Positions 21,330 through 31,266 of a stretch of 64,000 nucleotides of DNA are shown here, piece after piece. Each line of letters starts with the position of its first letter. The first letter of the stretch is position 1. The stretch lies in the sequence record NZ_CP128202.1; one strand, given 5' to 3'. Position numbers and translations under genes: made by a program. Under the pieces are notes generated by a model, which was not told where the DNA came from, did not search any database, and saw nothing but the letters and a program-made list of their open reading frames with translations. Source of the stretch: a plasmid.

Positions 21330-24300
21330 TTAAAAATGCAGCTCTTCTATCCGACACGGTTTTCCGTATAAATAGCCTTGATAGGTGTGACACCCCATAC
21401 TCTGCAATAACGCGCGCTGAGCTTCTGTTTCAACACCCTCAGCTATGACTTGCAGTTCAATTGAGTCGGCTAATGTTATAACTGCCTGAGCGATGGCCCT
21501 ATCATTACTGCTATTGATAATATCTCGAACAAACCCTTGGTCAATTTTCAACTGATTTATAGGCAATTGTTTTAAGTAGGATAAGGATGAATAGCCTGTA
21601 CCAAAATCATCGATTGAAAAAGTCACGCCGTGCTGCTGCAACTCTTTCATCTTAGCTTTAACATCAGGAATGTTATTTGCGAGCAACGTTTCCGTAATTT
21701 CCAGCTTTAGCAACTGTGGATTTGCACCTGAGGTTTTCAATGCATTTAAAACAGTCTGAACAAAATTATCTTTGCTAAATTGAACTACGCTTATGTTAAC
21801 CGCAATGCTTAGGTGTTGTTTTTCGGATTCTAAAGACCATTTTGCCAGAGTGGCGCAAGCTTCCTCTAGCACCCACTCGCCAATGGGCACAATAAGACCT
21901 GTTTCCTCCGCTAATGGGATAAATTGCAGTGGCGACACCATGCCTTTTTCTGGGTGTATCCAGCGTAACAATACCTCAACACCAATACACTGCTTCAGGT
22001 GATTGACCTGTTTTTGATAGAAAAGTACAAATTGTTGGCTTTGTATTGCGGAGTATAAATCACTCACAATTGACGCTCTTGAGCTTACTGAGACTTGCAT
22101 TTGCGGGTCAAAAAACTGCACACCATTTCGGCCAGCATATTTAGCCTTGTACATAGCCATATCAGCTTGCTTTAACAAATCTTCTTTGGGTAGATTTTCA
22201 CTGTTAAAAAGTGTTACACCAATGCTTGCCGAACTATTGTAAGTTAGACCGTCAAGATTATATTCCCTTGTTAAATTACTCACGATTTTTTGTGCAAGCC
22301 TCTCAGCCTGGTTCGCTGCTAATGTTGGTTCATGACTTAAATCTGATGCAATAATAACAAACTCATCGCCGCCTAAACGCGCTACGGTATCACCTTGTCT
22401 CACTGAGTTAACAAGACGCTCAGCGACCTGACCCAACAGCAAATCACCTTTATTATGACCAGCACTATCATTAAGGTTTTTAAAGTTATCTAAATCAAGA
22501 AAAAATAATGCTGAGAAGTTCCTTGTACGAACGCTATGATTTATAGCTTCCGTCAATCTGTCCAACAACAGACGTCGATTAGGTAGCAATGTTAATGGGT
22601 CATAAAATGCTAACTGGTGAATTTCATTTTCACGTTGTTTACGCTCAGTGATATCCCTGACAACACCGATAAAGTTAACTTCACCAGCCATTTGAACTTC
22701 AACTATACTAAGCTCGATTGGAAACATAGAACCATCTTTGCGCAAGGCCTCAAGCTCACGAATACGCCCAGTAATCTCACTGACACCACGTTCTATATAA
22801 TTTGATAAGTAGCTATCGTGATGCTCTCGATGAGGTGACCCCATCAACATGCTAATATTTTTGCCAAGCGTTTCATCTTCCGTATAGCCGAAGATTTCCT
22901 GTGCGGCTTGGTTAAATGTCAGAATTTTACCACGACCATCAATAGTAATAATGCCATCAAGCAACCCTTCAACAACAGCTTCCATCTGCCTTGACTTATC
23001 ACTAAGCGCTTTTTCTGCAATTATTTGGTCATTGATATCAAAGTGTGTACCCAATAACCATAGAGCTTTGCCATCATATATCCTTGAAGAAATACGCCCT
23101 CTGGTGTTTATCCATATCCATTCACCATTTTTGTGTTTCATACGAAGATTGGCTTCATATATGGGTATTAGGCCTGACACGTGCTTTTCAAGAATAGTTG
23201 TACAATAAGCCAGGTCATCAGGATGCGTTAGCCTTTCCCACGTGTATCTGTTTGCAGGTAATAGCTCAGAAAGTGTGTAACCCAGTAATGCGGCCCATTT
23301 ATCATTGATAATCAACTCGCCTGTTTGAATATTAAAATGCCATGTGCCTATATTGTTAGCGTCTATTACGGCCTTAAGTAAATTCTGACTGTTCCTTATG
23401 AGCTCTTCATCCTGTTTCTCTTTTGTAATATCTGTTTCAATTGCAATATAGCCGCTCAAACTACCACTTTCACTAAACAGCGGGTTACAAGCTATTCTCA
23501 CCCAGTAGGAATTTTGCGCTTTTGAATAATTTACAACATCAACATTAAAGCCGTTCTGTTGAGCAAGCGCATCTCTCATTATTGCAACAGTTGCCGGATC
23601 AGTGTCTTCCCCTTGTAATAACTCCCCAGGCTTTTTACCCTGCATTTCTTCAATGCTATATCCTGTAAGAAAGGAGAAGGCTTCATTAATCCATATAACT
23701 CGACCTTTGACATCAGTTATTACCACACCATTGGTTGTCTGCCTTGCAACTTCAGAAAGGCGTCTTATTTCTGACTGCGCTTCAACTTGTGCAGAGGTAT
23801 TACGAATGACCACTAATACTTCATTATCATCAATCTTTTTGTATCGGGCTTCGAACGATTGATTTGACTTTTCAAACGTGTAGTTATGATGAATCACATC
23901 GTTGTTACAAAAGGCTTGCTTGAGGCACTCTACGAGTTGATGACCTAGCTCATTGGGTAGTATCTCATGAACGGTACGCCCCAAAATCGCTTGTTGAGGT
24001 TTAAGTAAGTCAGGATGCTCTTTGCAAACCAAAAAACGAAAGTTTCGGTCAATAACAAATACCATATCAGGCAGTGTTGCCAGTATTGAGGTTGTTCTTG
24101 CCATGCCTTTTAAAAACTGCTCTTGAAGTCGAGCTTGATCTTCTTTGGCAATTTCATACTCAACCATGTCTGCAAATTCGCGCAGTTCTTGCTGCTCTTT
24201 TGCTGAAAAGTCTCTGGCCACGGAGTCAATTAGACATAGAGTGCCGATGGGTTGCCCACTTGTCTCTCGCAGCGGTGCACCCGCATAAAAACGAATATGC

Positions 24301-24623
24301 GGCGCGTGGGTTACTAAAGGATTTGACGAAAAGCGCTCATCTTTTGTTGCATCTGAAACAATTAAAATATCCTCATGCAATATCGCATGGCCACAAAATG
24401 AGATATCACGGCCTGTTTCACAAGCGTCAAGACCCACTTTAGATTTAAACCATTGCCGGTCACTATCCACCAAAGAGATAAGGCATATTGGCACTTTAAA
24501 TACAGACGCGGCTAATCTTGTAATGCGGTCAAAGCGCTTCTCTGCTGGCGTATCCAGCAAATTACTTCGCTGTAATGCAAGTAAACGAGCAGCTTCATCA
24601 ACAGGGAATTCAGGTGCGTTCAA
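21330..24623 (-). CDS. GAF-PAS/PAC(x3)-GGDEF-EAL signalling protein (c-di-GMP turnover)
   Basis: 1097 aa. N-terminal GAF, three PAS/PAC modules, GGDEF motif RLGGDEFVII, EAL domain (ELLRW..., QLLKLEITE, DDFGTGYSSL). Confidence 0.9.
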   Translation of the reverse strand: MNAPEFPVDEAARLLALQRSNLLDTPAEKRFDRITRLAASVFKVPICLISLVDSDRQWFKSKVGLDACETGRDISFCGHAILHEDILIVSDATKDERFSSNPLVTHAPHIRFYAGAPLRETSGQPIGTLCLIDSVARDFSAKEQQELREFADMVEYEIAKEDQARLQEQFLKGMARTTSILATLPDMVFVIDRNFRFLVCKEHPDLLKPQQAILGRTVHEILPNELGHQLVECLKQAFCNNDVIHHNYTFEKSNQSFEARYKKIDDNEVLVVIRNTSAQVEAQSEIRRLSEVARQTTNGVVITDVKGRVIWINEAFSFLTGYSIEEMQGKKPGELLQGEDTDPATVAIMRDALAQQNGFNVDVVNYSKAQNSYWVRIACNPLFSESGSLSGYIAIETDITKEKQDEELIRNSQNLLKAVIDANNIGTWHFNIQTGELIINDKWAALLGYTLSELLPANRYTWERLTHPDDLAYCTTILEKHVSGLIPIYEANLRMKHKNGEWIWINTRGRISSRIYDGKALWLLGTHFDINDQIIAEKALSDKSRQMEAVVEGLLDGIITIDGRGKILTFNQAAQEIFGYTEDETLGKNISMLMGSPHREHHDSYLSNYIERGVSEITGRIRELEALRKDGSMFPIELSIVEVQMAGEVNFIGVVRDITERKQRENEIHQLAFYDPLTLLPNRRLLLDRLTEAINHSVRTRNFSALFFLDLDNFKNLNDSAGHNKGDLLLGQVAERLVNSVRQGDTVARLGGDEFVIIASDLSHEPTLAANQAERLAQKIVSNLTREYNLDGLTYNSSASIGVTLFNSENLPKEDLLKQADMAMYKAKYAGRNGVQFFDPQMQVSVSSRASIVSDLYSAIQSQQFVLFYQKQVNHLKQCIGVEVLLRWIHPEKGMVSPLQFIPLAEETGLIVPIGEWVLEEACATLAKWSLESEKQHLSIAVNISVVQFSKDNFVQTVLNALKTSGANPQLLKLEITETLLANNIPDVKAKMKELQQHGVTFSIDDFGTGYSSLSYLKQLPINQLKIDQGFVRDIINSSNDRAIAQAVITLADSIELQVIAEGVETEAQRALLQSMGCHTYQGYLYGKPCRIEELHF

Positions 24624-24715
24624 AACGTTACTCCAATAATTTGCTGCTTAATCGATTATTATCAATTGTACTGCAAGAATACACTGTTAAATGTTTTAGG
24701 CTTTCACTTGAAAGA

Positions 24716-26269
24716 TTACCGCTTAAACCGTACTACCAGTTCATGAAGCTCATCAGCAATCTTGTTCAAATAAATAATCGTCTCTGAAAGCTGCATCGAG
24801 CTGTCATTACTTAAATCGGCAAGCGTTGAAATATTTACTATTTGCCGGTTAATGTCTTCAGCAACATGGGCTTGCTCTTCCACTGCTGCAGCCATTTGGG
24901 TCGACATAGAAGCGATTTGACCTATGGATTCTGAAATACCGCTTAACATTTTGCCGCTTTCAATAACATTAGAGAGTCCCTCTTCGGCATCAATAGCGCC
25001 TGCATCAGCGATTTTTACGGCATCACCTGCTCGATGAGTTAACTCGGTGACGATACCGTAAATCTCTTTTGTCGACTCCTGAGTACGCCTTGCGAGATTT
25101 CTAACCTCATCTGCAACTACCGCAAAACCTCGCCCCTGCTCACCAGCACGAGCAGCTTCAATAGCGGCATTAAGCGCAAGAAGATTGGTTTGGTCGGCAA
25201 TCTGCTCAATCATTTGTGCCGCATTGGCAATACGAGCGGTTTGTTCTGATACACCGCGAACAGAGCTACCAATTTGCTCTACCGTGAGTTTTAACTTTTG
25301 AATAGAGCCCCTGGTTACATTAGCCACCTCATTACCCTTCGAGGCAAGATGATTAGCGGTGTCAGCCTGTATTGCAGTATCACTGACATGCTTAGATACT
25401 TCAGCAATAGTCGTCGACATTTCGTTCATCGCGGTGGCGACTTGCATCGTTTCAGACTGCTGACTCTCTATATCTTTTCGCGTTTTTGCTGTGAGCTCCG
25501 CGCCTTTTTCAGACTCTTTGGCAACGACAAGCGCTGCACTTTCTATGCGGGTAATCACCGTGCCTAAATGCGCTAACTGACTCAGAATAGCCACTTTTAG
25601 CTTACCTAAATCACCTGTTTCATCAGTGTAACTTTGTACTGCAAGTTCATCTGAAAATGCAAGATTGAGCATCTCGTTTAATGCATTCAGGGTTTTCTTT
25701 CTATTTAATGAGACCCAAAAGGCAAAGATGATGACAGAGACAAGCAAAGCTAACTCAGAAAGCTCTTTGAAACCGAAGCCAAATAAACCAGCACAAATGG
25801 CGATAGATAAGATTAAAAAAGCATTTTCAAGTGATATGGGTAAAGCGGCGCGTTTCGTTTTGCCGGCATTGATATCACGATACAGCTTAGCTGCTCGTTC
25901 AACGTCTTGTCTTGATGGACAAGAGCGCACAGACTCATAACCGATCACCTTACCGTTCTGTGTTACTGGCGTAACATAAGCGTTTACCCAGTAAAAATCG
26001 CCATTTTTACAACGATTTTTCACCAAGCCCATCCAAGGTTTTCCAGCTTTGAGGTAATGCCACATTTTTTCATATGCCTCTGAAGGCATATCAGGGTGCC
26101 TCACCACATTGTGAGGCTGCCCTATTAGCTCATGTTTTTCAAAACCACTGACTTCAACAAAGGCATCATTGCACTCAAGAATAGTCCCTTGAGTATCCGT
26201 GACTGAAATTAACTTAGTATTGCTTCCGAACGTTTTTTCTCTATCAGTAACAGGAAGGTTTTTACGCAT
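24716..26269 (-). CDS. Aer-like methyl-accepting chemotaxis protein with N-terminal cytoplasmic PAS
   Basis: 517 aa. N-terminal PAS without signal peptide, then TM hairpin ([16 protein letters not shown] / [13 protein letters not shown]), HAMP, and the MCP signalling domain with methylation-helix pattern. Confidence 0.85.
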   Translation of the reverse strand: MRKNLPVTDREKTFGSNTKLISVTDTQGTILECNDAFVEVSGFEKHELIGQPHNVVRHPDMPSEAYEKMWHYLKAGKPWMGLVKNRCKNGDFYWVNAYVTPVTQNGKVIGYESVRSCPSRQDVERAAKLYRDINAGKTKRAALPISLENAFLILSIAICAGLFGFGFKELSELALLVSVIIFAFWVSLNRKKTLNALNEMLNLAFSDELAVQSYTDETGDLGKLKVAILSQLAHLGTVITRIESAALVVAKESEKGAELTAKTRKDIESQQSETMQVATAMNEMSTTIAEVSKHVSDTAIQADTANHLASKGNEVANVTRGSIQKLKLTVEQIGSSVRGVSEQTARIANAAQMIEQIADQTNLLALNAAIEAARAGEQGRGFAVVADEVRNLARRTQESTKEIYGIVTELTHRAGDAVKIADAGAIDAEEGLSNVIESGKMLSGISESIGQIASMSTQMAAAVEEQAHVAEDINRQIVNISTLADLSNDSSMQLSETIIYLNKIADELHELVVRFKR

Positions 26270-26625
26270 GAATGTTCCTTATCGCAAAGTATTGAAAAAC
26301 TAACCTAAATTGTAATATGGCGAGTTACTTAAAAATAGATAGTTAAAGCTCAAGATTCTCTGCAGACGCCAACGCACCTTGCCCATCAATCCCCAAATAG
26401 CGCACCGTACTCTCAATTTTATGAAATAAATTTTTATAGTGGCTTCCCGACATTTTGAGAAACCATGACGTCTGGCCACTTGGTATTGATACAAAGCTCT
26501 CTAAAATAAAGTTCAAAAAAATACACGAATTGAGGAAGGCTTAATCAGTGAATTCCGCTCTGCAACCGAAAGCTGACGTTCGTTGTGAAAGACTGAAATG
26601 TCAGCAACTGGCACATAAGTAATAT

Positions 26626-26873
26626 TGATCTGCTCCAGCCAGACTGGACACTTCATTAAGCGACATTTTGCTGTTCAAAGTTAACTGGGCTTAGATACCC
26701 AAGAGCACTGTGCCTTCTCGTCCGATTATAATCAACCTCTATGTACTCGAAGACCGTTTGGCGCATCTCATCTCTCGTCATTATCGGTTCGTATTGAATC
26801 GCTTCTACTTTCATCGAATGAAAGAAGCTCTCAACACAAGCATTGTCCCAGCAGTTTCCTTTTCCCCGCTCCG
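26626..26873 (-). mobile_element. solo 3-prime fragment (about 250 bp) of the same IS3 element
   Basis: Essentially identical to 14995-15240, including the IRR tgatctgctccagccagactggacacttca. Identity breaks at about 26873, inside the GNCWDN codons. Confidence 0.85.
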
Positions 26874-26987
26874 GCATAAGCGAATCCCTTAACATTATCA
26901 CCCGCCTGAACCGCATCAATGATGTCATTCATTTCCGGCGTAAGGTTGTGTTCTCCAATTGTTCGTTCTGAACTTTTTATTTCCATA
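26874..26987 (-). pseudogene. 5-prime stub (about 38 codons) of a P-loop helicase-like gene, truncated by the IS3 fragment
   Basis: [42 protein letters not shown] ends in a Walker A motif (GxAGxGK) at the position typical of RecD/TraA-type (AAA_30) helicases. The frame then runs into IS3 sequence. Confidence 0.4.
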
Positions 26988-27000
26988 TATCACCTGCCTT

Positions 27001-27561
27001 TTAACTTAGTTTTTCTTTATAGCCTTTTATCGATGCGGTTATTGGTATTACCCTCTCTTTGATTGGAATCGATTTTAATGGCTCATGAGAATGTTTTGAA
27101 GCAGCAAGCAGATGAAAGTGTGATTTCATCAAATTCTTAACCACGCTTCGATGAGAATAAAGAACATCTTCCATCTCTTCTATCATCTCCAATTCCCATT
27201 CACGAGCATGTTTGAACTGTGCGCGTTTGTATTTACCCTCCCTCGGTGTTGCAATGGCTTTGACTACGCGAATTGTTTTACTCCCACGCTTAACAAATTG
27301 AACCCTAATCCATCGGCATGTGAATGCAATGCCAGTAAATTCCAAACGAAACTCGTAATTCGTTGATTCAGTCCGTCTGCTGGCATCACCTCGACGGCTA
27401 AGCTCTCGCTCCGCCACCTTGCGCATCCAGATTGAATGCACAATCTTAGCTCCCTCGTATTCTCTGTCTATCTGTGCGTATATTGCCGCTTGTATTGCTG
27501 CAAATGACATCTTTAAACGATCTCCATTATGCTTAAAGTTGTTTTCAACAAATTTTACCAT
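27001..27561 (-). CDS. hypothetical basic protein (186 aa; start possibly the downstream Met MSFAAIQ)
   Basis: Intact ORF directly upstream of the truncated helicase stub. A perfect 22-bp palindrome lies in its promoter. No confident family assignment. Confidence 0.4.
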   Translation of the reverse strand: MVKFVENNFKHNGDRLKMSFAAIQAAIYAQIDREYEGAKIVHSIWMRKVAERELSRRGDASRRTESTNYEFRLEFTGIAFTCRWIRVQFVKRGSKTIRVVKAIATPREGKYKRAQFKHAREWELEMIEEMEDVLYSHRSVVKNLMKSHFHLLAASKHSHEPLKSIPIKERVIPITASIKGYKEKLS

Positions 27562-27575
27562 AACAAATGTAGTAA

Positions 27576-27597
27576 CAAAATGTAGTTACATTTTGTA
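27576..27597. promoter_or_regulatory. palindromic operator-like site upstream of the 186-aa gene
   Basis: caaaatgtagttacattttg is a perfect palindrome. A direct half-site aatgtagtaaca lies just upstream. AT-rich promoter context. Confidence 0.4.
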
Positions 27598-27970
27598 CTA
27601 ACAAGTTAAGGACAAAATAGCATGATTTTTTGTATTATAAGTCATAGGCGACCTTCGACTCGCTTGGTCGGATCGCCAGATGGGATGCAATGATCGCCAA
27701 ATCTGGCTTGGTGCTGGTAGTGATAGCTGTCCAAGATGAGGCGTTTTTCTGGTTGGCTACAGAGGTGATGTGTACTGGCAATTTAACATAATTACTTATA
27801 TCTTTGCGATTTTGGAATTATTTTTGATGTGGTAGGATTAATTTAATTCTAATTTATTAATGGATGGATATGTTTATGGAAGGTATAGTTGTGTTGGTTA
27901 TTATGTATTTTTGGATGCGATTTGTTTTTAAACTTATCATTCCTCGCTGTAATTCTTTTAGGAAGTTTAT

Positions 27971-28430
27971 TTGGTATTGTATGCTAGGGATTTTTTAAAA
28001 TTGAGGTGGAACATGAGTAAAATAATTCATATTTTTATTTGTATTTTTGCAGTGGTTGTGAATTTTACAACGGCTTTTGCAAGCACAAATCTTTTGAGTG
28101 ATGATGGTGATAAGTTGTTGGTCGAATCAATTGTGTCATCAACTTTTGGTAACTCGGATAACCTATCATCTATCAGTGACTACAATATTCATAACGCAAA
28201 AATAAAAGCGGCAGAATTTACAGGTGAAGTGAATATGTCGACTCCCGCACTAAGGTTGTGAACGGACGTATTTCTAAGCAACAGGTTAGAGTCATTTCTT
28301 CCAGTTATGTGCGACTCGTCTCATTGGATGAACGCAAAGCGGTAGATGATTTGGGTAATTTTACTCTGACCTCAATTGCTACGTTTGAGTTAAGAAAATC
28401 TGATGTCATGAATCATGATTAAAAGACTTA
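27971..28430 (+). pseudogene. secreted protein, paralog of the N-terminal domain of the 399-aa protein at 34238-35437; frameshifted
   Basis: Signal peptide MSKIIHIFICIFAVVVNFTTAFAS. The frame switches near 28228. The continuing frame reads EYVDSRTKVVNGRISKQQVRVISSSYVRLVSLDERKAVDD, which aligns with TYIESVLQVSNQTITKQQVRVLTAGFLEVLSREDKRSVGA of the 399-aa protein. Confidence 0.45.
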
Positions 28431-28520
28431 AAAATGAGGAAGATTTACTTGATAGAATTCAAAGTTTACAATCAAAAAATGATGAACTTATGTTGATTAT
28501 TGAACGTCTATCGTCTGGTG

Positions 28521-29681
28521 TTAATTTTGCTTTTCTAGCACTACCGGTTCGTACACTGCTTCTTCTACCGCTTGGTTTTCTGTTTCACCAAGATCGAAGC
28601 TGAAATCGTCATCGCTGAACGCGAAGTCTGATTCTGGCTCTTCACTGGTTTCAATCGCCGTCTGTTCAGCCGAGAGAACCGCATCACTGGTCACAGTGGT
28701 TTGGTCATCAATGGTTGAATCCCCAAGATCGAAGCTGAAATCATCATCGTTGAACGCGAAGTCTGATTCTGGCTCTTTCATTGGTTCCAACGGTCCCGCA
28801 TTCTGAGGTTCGGATTGAACGCTCGCCATTGCAGGTTGATTGGTTGATGCTTCTTGCAGACTCTTCATGAGAGTGAGCAATTTTTCCTTATTTGCCATAC
28901 GAAACAGTAATCCAGACAGGATGTTGGTTTCGTCAGTGGACAGCTTACCCGCAATCGGCATTTGCTCTTCGACCTTTTTGATTTCCTGAACAAGTCGAGA
29001 AAATCGGCCATTGAGAAACGCTAACCCTTCCACCTTTTCTCGCAATCCGACTAGGCCGTTTACGTTGGTGCGGTTGGGTGCAATCGCGTCTGTTAAGCTG
29101 GATAAAAGCTTATTCGCAGTTTTCAAAATGTCGTCATCAAGAGAATTGCTTAAACCATCGATCTCTTTGCCCATGCTGATGTCCACAGACTGAACCGCAG
29201 CTTGAGCCGATTGCACTTTGAACATTGAGTAGCTTGCTGAGATTTTGCTTTTGACTTCTTGTGCCGGTGTTAATGCGGCGCGAAGTTTTTGCTCATACTC
29301 AGGATACTTTTTAACCCATTCATCTTGGATTAAATCGTGTCGAGAACAATACGCGTCAGCTTCTTTTTCGTAGTCATGAACAATTTTGCTCAATCCTAAC
29401 GCCAAAGCATCGGCCTTGGAGGACGGTATCGCATAGCCACCCATAAATCGGATGCCTACACTCAGACACAAACGCTCCGCTTGACGTTTCAGGGTATTAA
29501 ATACCTTGAGGTCTTTGGGGTCAGTTGTGTATTTCGAACCTAAAGAGATGATCTCTTTCGGCGGGGTTTCCCCACGAAGAGATAAGTCGCTTTCTGCCAA
29601 CTTTTTCCGACCTGTCCAGGTTGAAAAACGTAAGTGAACGGCGACGACATCGTTTAGAACGTTGATGTTTGAATTGCTCAT
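28521..29681 (-). CDS. hypothetical protein with C-terminal tandem acidic repeats (386 aa)
   Basis: No signal peptide. Helical N-terminal two-thirds. C-terminus has two copies of EPESDFAF[NS]DDDFSFDLG separated by a T/S/Q linker. Last gene of the CobS-like ATPase cluster. Confidence 0.55.
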   Translation of the reverse strand: MSNSNINVLNDVVAVHLRFSTWTGRKKLAESDLSLRGETPPKEIISLGSKYTTDPKDLKVFNTLKRQAERLCLSVGIRFMGGYAIPSSKADALALGLSKIVHDYEKEADAYCSRHDLIQDEWVKKYPEYEQKLRAALTPAQEVKSKISASYSMFKVQSAQAAVQSVDISMGKEIDGLSNSLDDDILKTANKLLSSLTDAIAPNRTNVNGLVGLREKVEGLAFLNGRFSRLVQEIKKVEEQMPIAGKLSTDETNILSGLLFRMANKEKLLTLMKSLQEASTNQPAMASVQSEPQNAGPLEPMKEPESDFAFNDDDFSFDLGDSTIDDQTTVTSDAVLSAEQTAIETSEEPESDFAFSDDDFSFDLGETENQAVEEAVYEPVVLEKQN

Positions 29682-29825
29682 AATGGTATCTCCAATTTTT
29701 GATATAAAAAAAAGGACATACCATTACCCGCTAGGGCAAATGATATGCCCTATGGCGGTGTAGAAATGTAGATAAGTCGCGCTAAACGCTAGGACTTATC
29801 TTTCTTTTTCAGTGCTTTTTTGCGA

Positions 29826-29936
29826 GTTGTCTGTCGCACCAAGCGTTGATTTGAGGGGAATAAAGAGCCACTAAACTGACTATTAATCCACCAGCGATAA
29901 TCACAAATAAACCATTCATGATGATCTCCTTGTTTA
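29826..29936 (-). CDS. tiny single-TM peptide (36 aa)
   Basis: MNGLFVIIAGGLIVSLVALYSPQINAWCDRQLAKKH with a strong RBS (aggagatcatcATG). Not in the supplied ORF track, which only lists ORFs of 60 aa or more. Confidence 0.3.
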
Positions 29937-29952
29937 TGTTCTATGCCAAATA

Positions 29953-30198
29953 TTACTCTTGTTTTAACTTTTTCGCAAAAACAGTGAATACAATACCTGA
30001 CACGATTAGAGCGGCCATCTTCACATCGATACCCGTTTGGATCGCATAGACGTAGGAGCCAGTGTAACCAGCTATGCCTAAATTCCCCACATGAGTACCA
30101 ATTTCCTTCCGATGGCAAATTATCCAACCTGAACATTTCTTGATTTGTGCAACAAACCAAAGATAGGCAATCACATAATCGAACATGTATAACTCCAT
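29953..30198 (-). CDS. small two-TM membrane protein (81 aa)
   Basis: Hydrophobic segments FDYVIAYLWFVAQI and MAALIVSGIVFTVFA. Lies between the ATPase gene and the acidic-repeat gene. Confidence 0.4.
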   Translation of the reverse strand: MELYMFDYVIAYLWFVAQIKKCSGWIICHRKEIGTHVGNLGIAGYTGSYVYAIQTGIDVKMAALIVSGIVFTVFAKKLKQE

Positions 30199-30256
30199 AA
30201 ATTATTATGGAGTACCTACCCACACGGGATAGATACCCCGCGTGGGTTAAAGCTGC

Positions 30257-31210
30257 TTAGTTGTTGTTAAAATCAGCACCAAACAACGCTACAGCTAATG
30301 TTTGAATAGTTTCACGTTCTTCTTCTTCCGAGCAGCGGTTTAACAATGCACGATCAAGCGCGTAGCTTAATGCATTGTTTGCTCCTTGGAATCGTTGAGT
30401 GAGTATCGCCCAACGAATTAACGTGCGAGTTGAAAAGGTGATCGATAATTCTGAGTCACCTTGCTCCCCTTTGAAGATAGCGCGAACCTTATTAGCCAGC
30501 TCAATCATCTTCTTACGCAGCACTTTAGGAATGTTCGGTGCCAGTTTTTCCAGTACCGCCATTTCCGTATCTTCGCTGGCGTAATCTTCTTTGATCACCA
30601 CAAAGCGGTCCATGAACGCCATGTTTAGGCGGTTCACTCCCATGTAGTTGCCGTCACCACCAGATCCGTTTGAGTTCGATGTTGCAATCAAACGAAATGC
30701 GGGGTGAGGTCGTACAATTTCGCCGTTAAGCTGAGTGATCACGAGTGGCGCACCTTCCAAAATGGCATTCAGGTTTGCCAATTCCGCCGGATCAACCAAG
30801 TCGATCTCGTTCAGAATCAGTACATGCCCTCCGCGCATCGCAGTCGTCAGTACGCCATCCATCCAGACAGTATTGCCGTTCACTAATGTGTATTGGCCCA
30901 CTAAGTCCATGTACTCAGTCGAACCGCCACATGTATAGCTTTGGGCTGGATAATTTAATCTGGCTAGTACCTGCTCAACCGCTGACGTTTTACCGCAGCC
31001 GGTTGGACCGGTGATCATCAAGCCATCGCCAAATGAGCAATCCAAAAACGCCACGATGTCGCGTAACGTTTCCCGACGAAAGATGTAGTCTTTCTTGGCC
31101 GGAATATTTGGATGTCCACTTGGTGCAAAACCTTCAACCGTAACGTTTGTGCCAGGAAAACCGAACACATCCATTGGGTAGCTTTGCGGAGTTAGAGTTA
31201 GAGTAGTCAT
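30257..31210 (-). CDS. CobS-like AAA+ ATPase (MoxR/AAA_5 group)
   Basis: 317 aa. Walker A GPTGCGKT, Walker B VLILNEID, and the CobS-family segment IVRPHPAFRLIATSNSNGSGGDGNYMGVNRLNMAFMDRF (compare cobaltochelatase CobS VIRPHPAFRLFATANTVGLGD, recalled from memory). No vWA (CobT-like) gene is adjacent. Confidence 0.85.
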   Translation of the reverse strand: MTTLTLTPQSYPMDVFGFPGTNVTVEGFAPSGHPNIPAKKDYIFRRETLRDIVAFLDCSFGDGLMITGPTGCGKTSAVEQVLARLNYPAQSYTCGGSTEYMDLVGQYTLVNGNTVWMDGVLTTAMRGGHVLILNEIDLVDPAELANLNAILEGAPLVITQLNGEIVRPHPAFRLIATSNSNGSGGDGNYMGVNRLNMAFMDRFVVIKEDYASEDTEMAVLEKLAPNIPKVLRKKMIELANKVRAIFKGEQGDSELSITFSTRTLIRWAILTQRFQGANNALSYALDRALLNRCSEEEERETIQTLAVALFGADFNNN

Positions 31211-31266
31211 AATGTTGTCCTTAATTAATCAATAAAAAAGGCAACTTACGACTCCCCTAGTGGGCA

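Noticed and set aside
26300-26494. 64-aa ORF between the MCP gene and the IS3 fragment
   Set aside because: It has an Arg/Trp/Cys-rich, low-complexity translation and no RBS. It is likely noncoding promoter DNA of the MCP gene.
29789-30223. 144-aa ORF on the minus strand between the CobS-like ATPase and the acidic-repeat gene
   Set aside because: Its composition is Cys/Trp/Arg/His-rich and it overlaps the more plausible 81-aa two-TM ORF (29953-30198) in another frame. It is most likely an off-frame artefact of AT-rich DNA.
28262-31210. A vWA / CobT-like partner gene for the CobS-like ATPase
   Set aside because: I looked for MIDAS (DxSxS) and vWA signatures in the 386-aa, 81-aa and surrounding ORFs and found none. 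Flanking intergenic spaces are too short (about 90-100 bp) for a missing gene.
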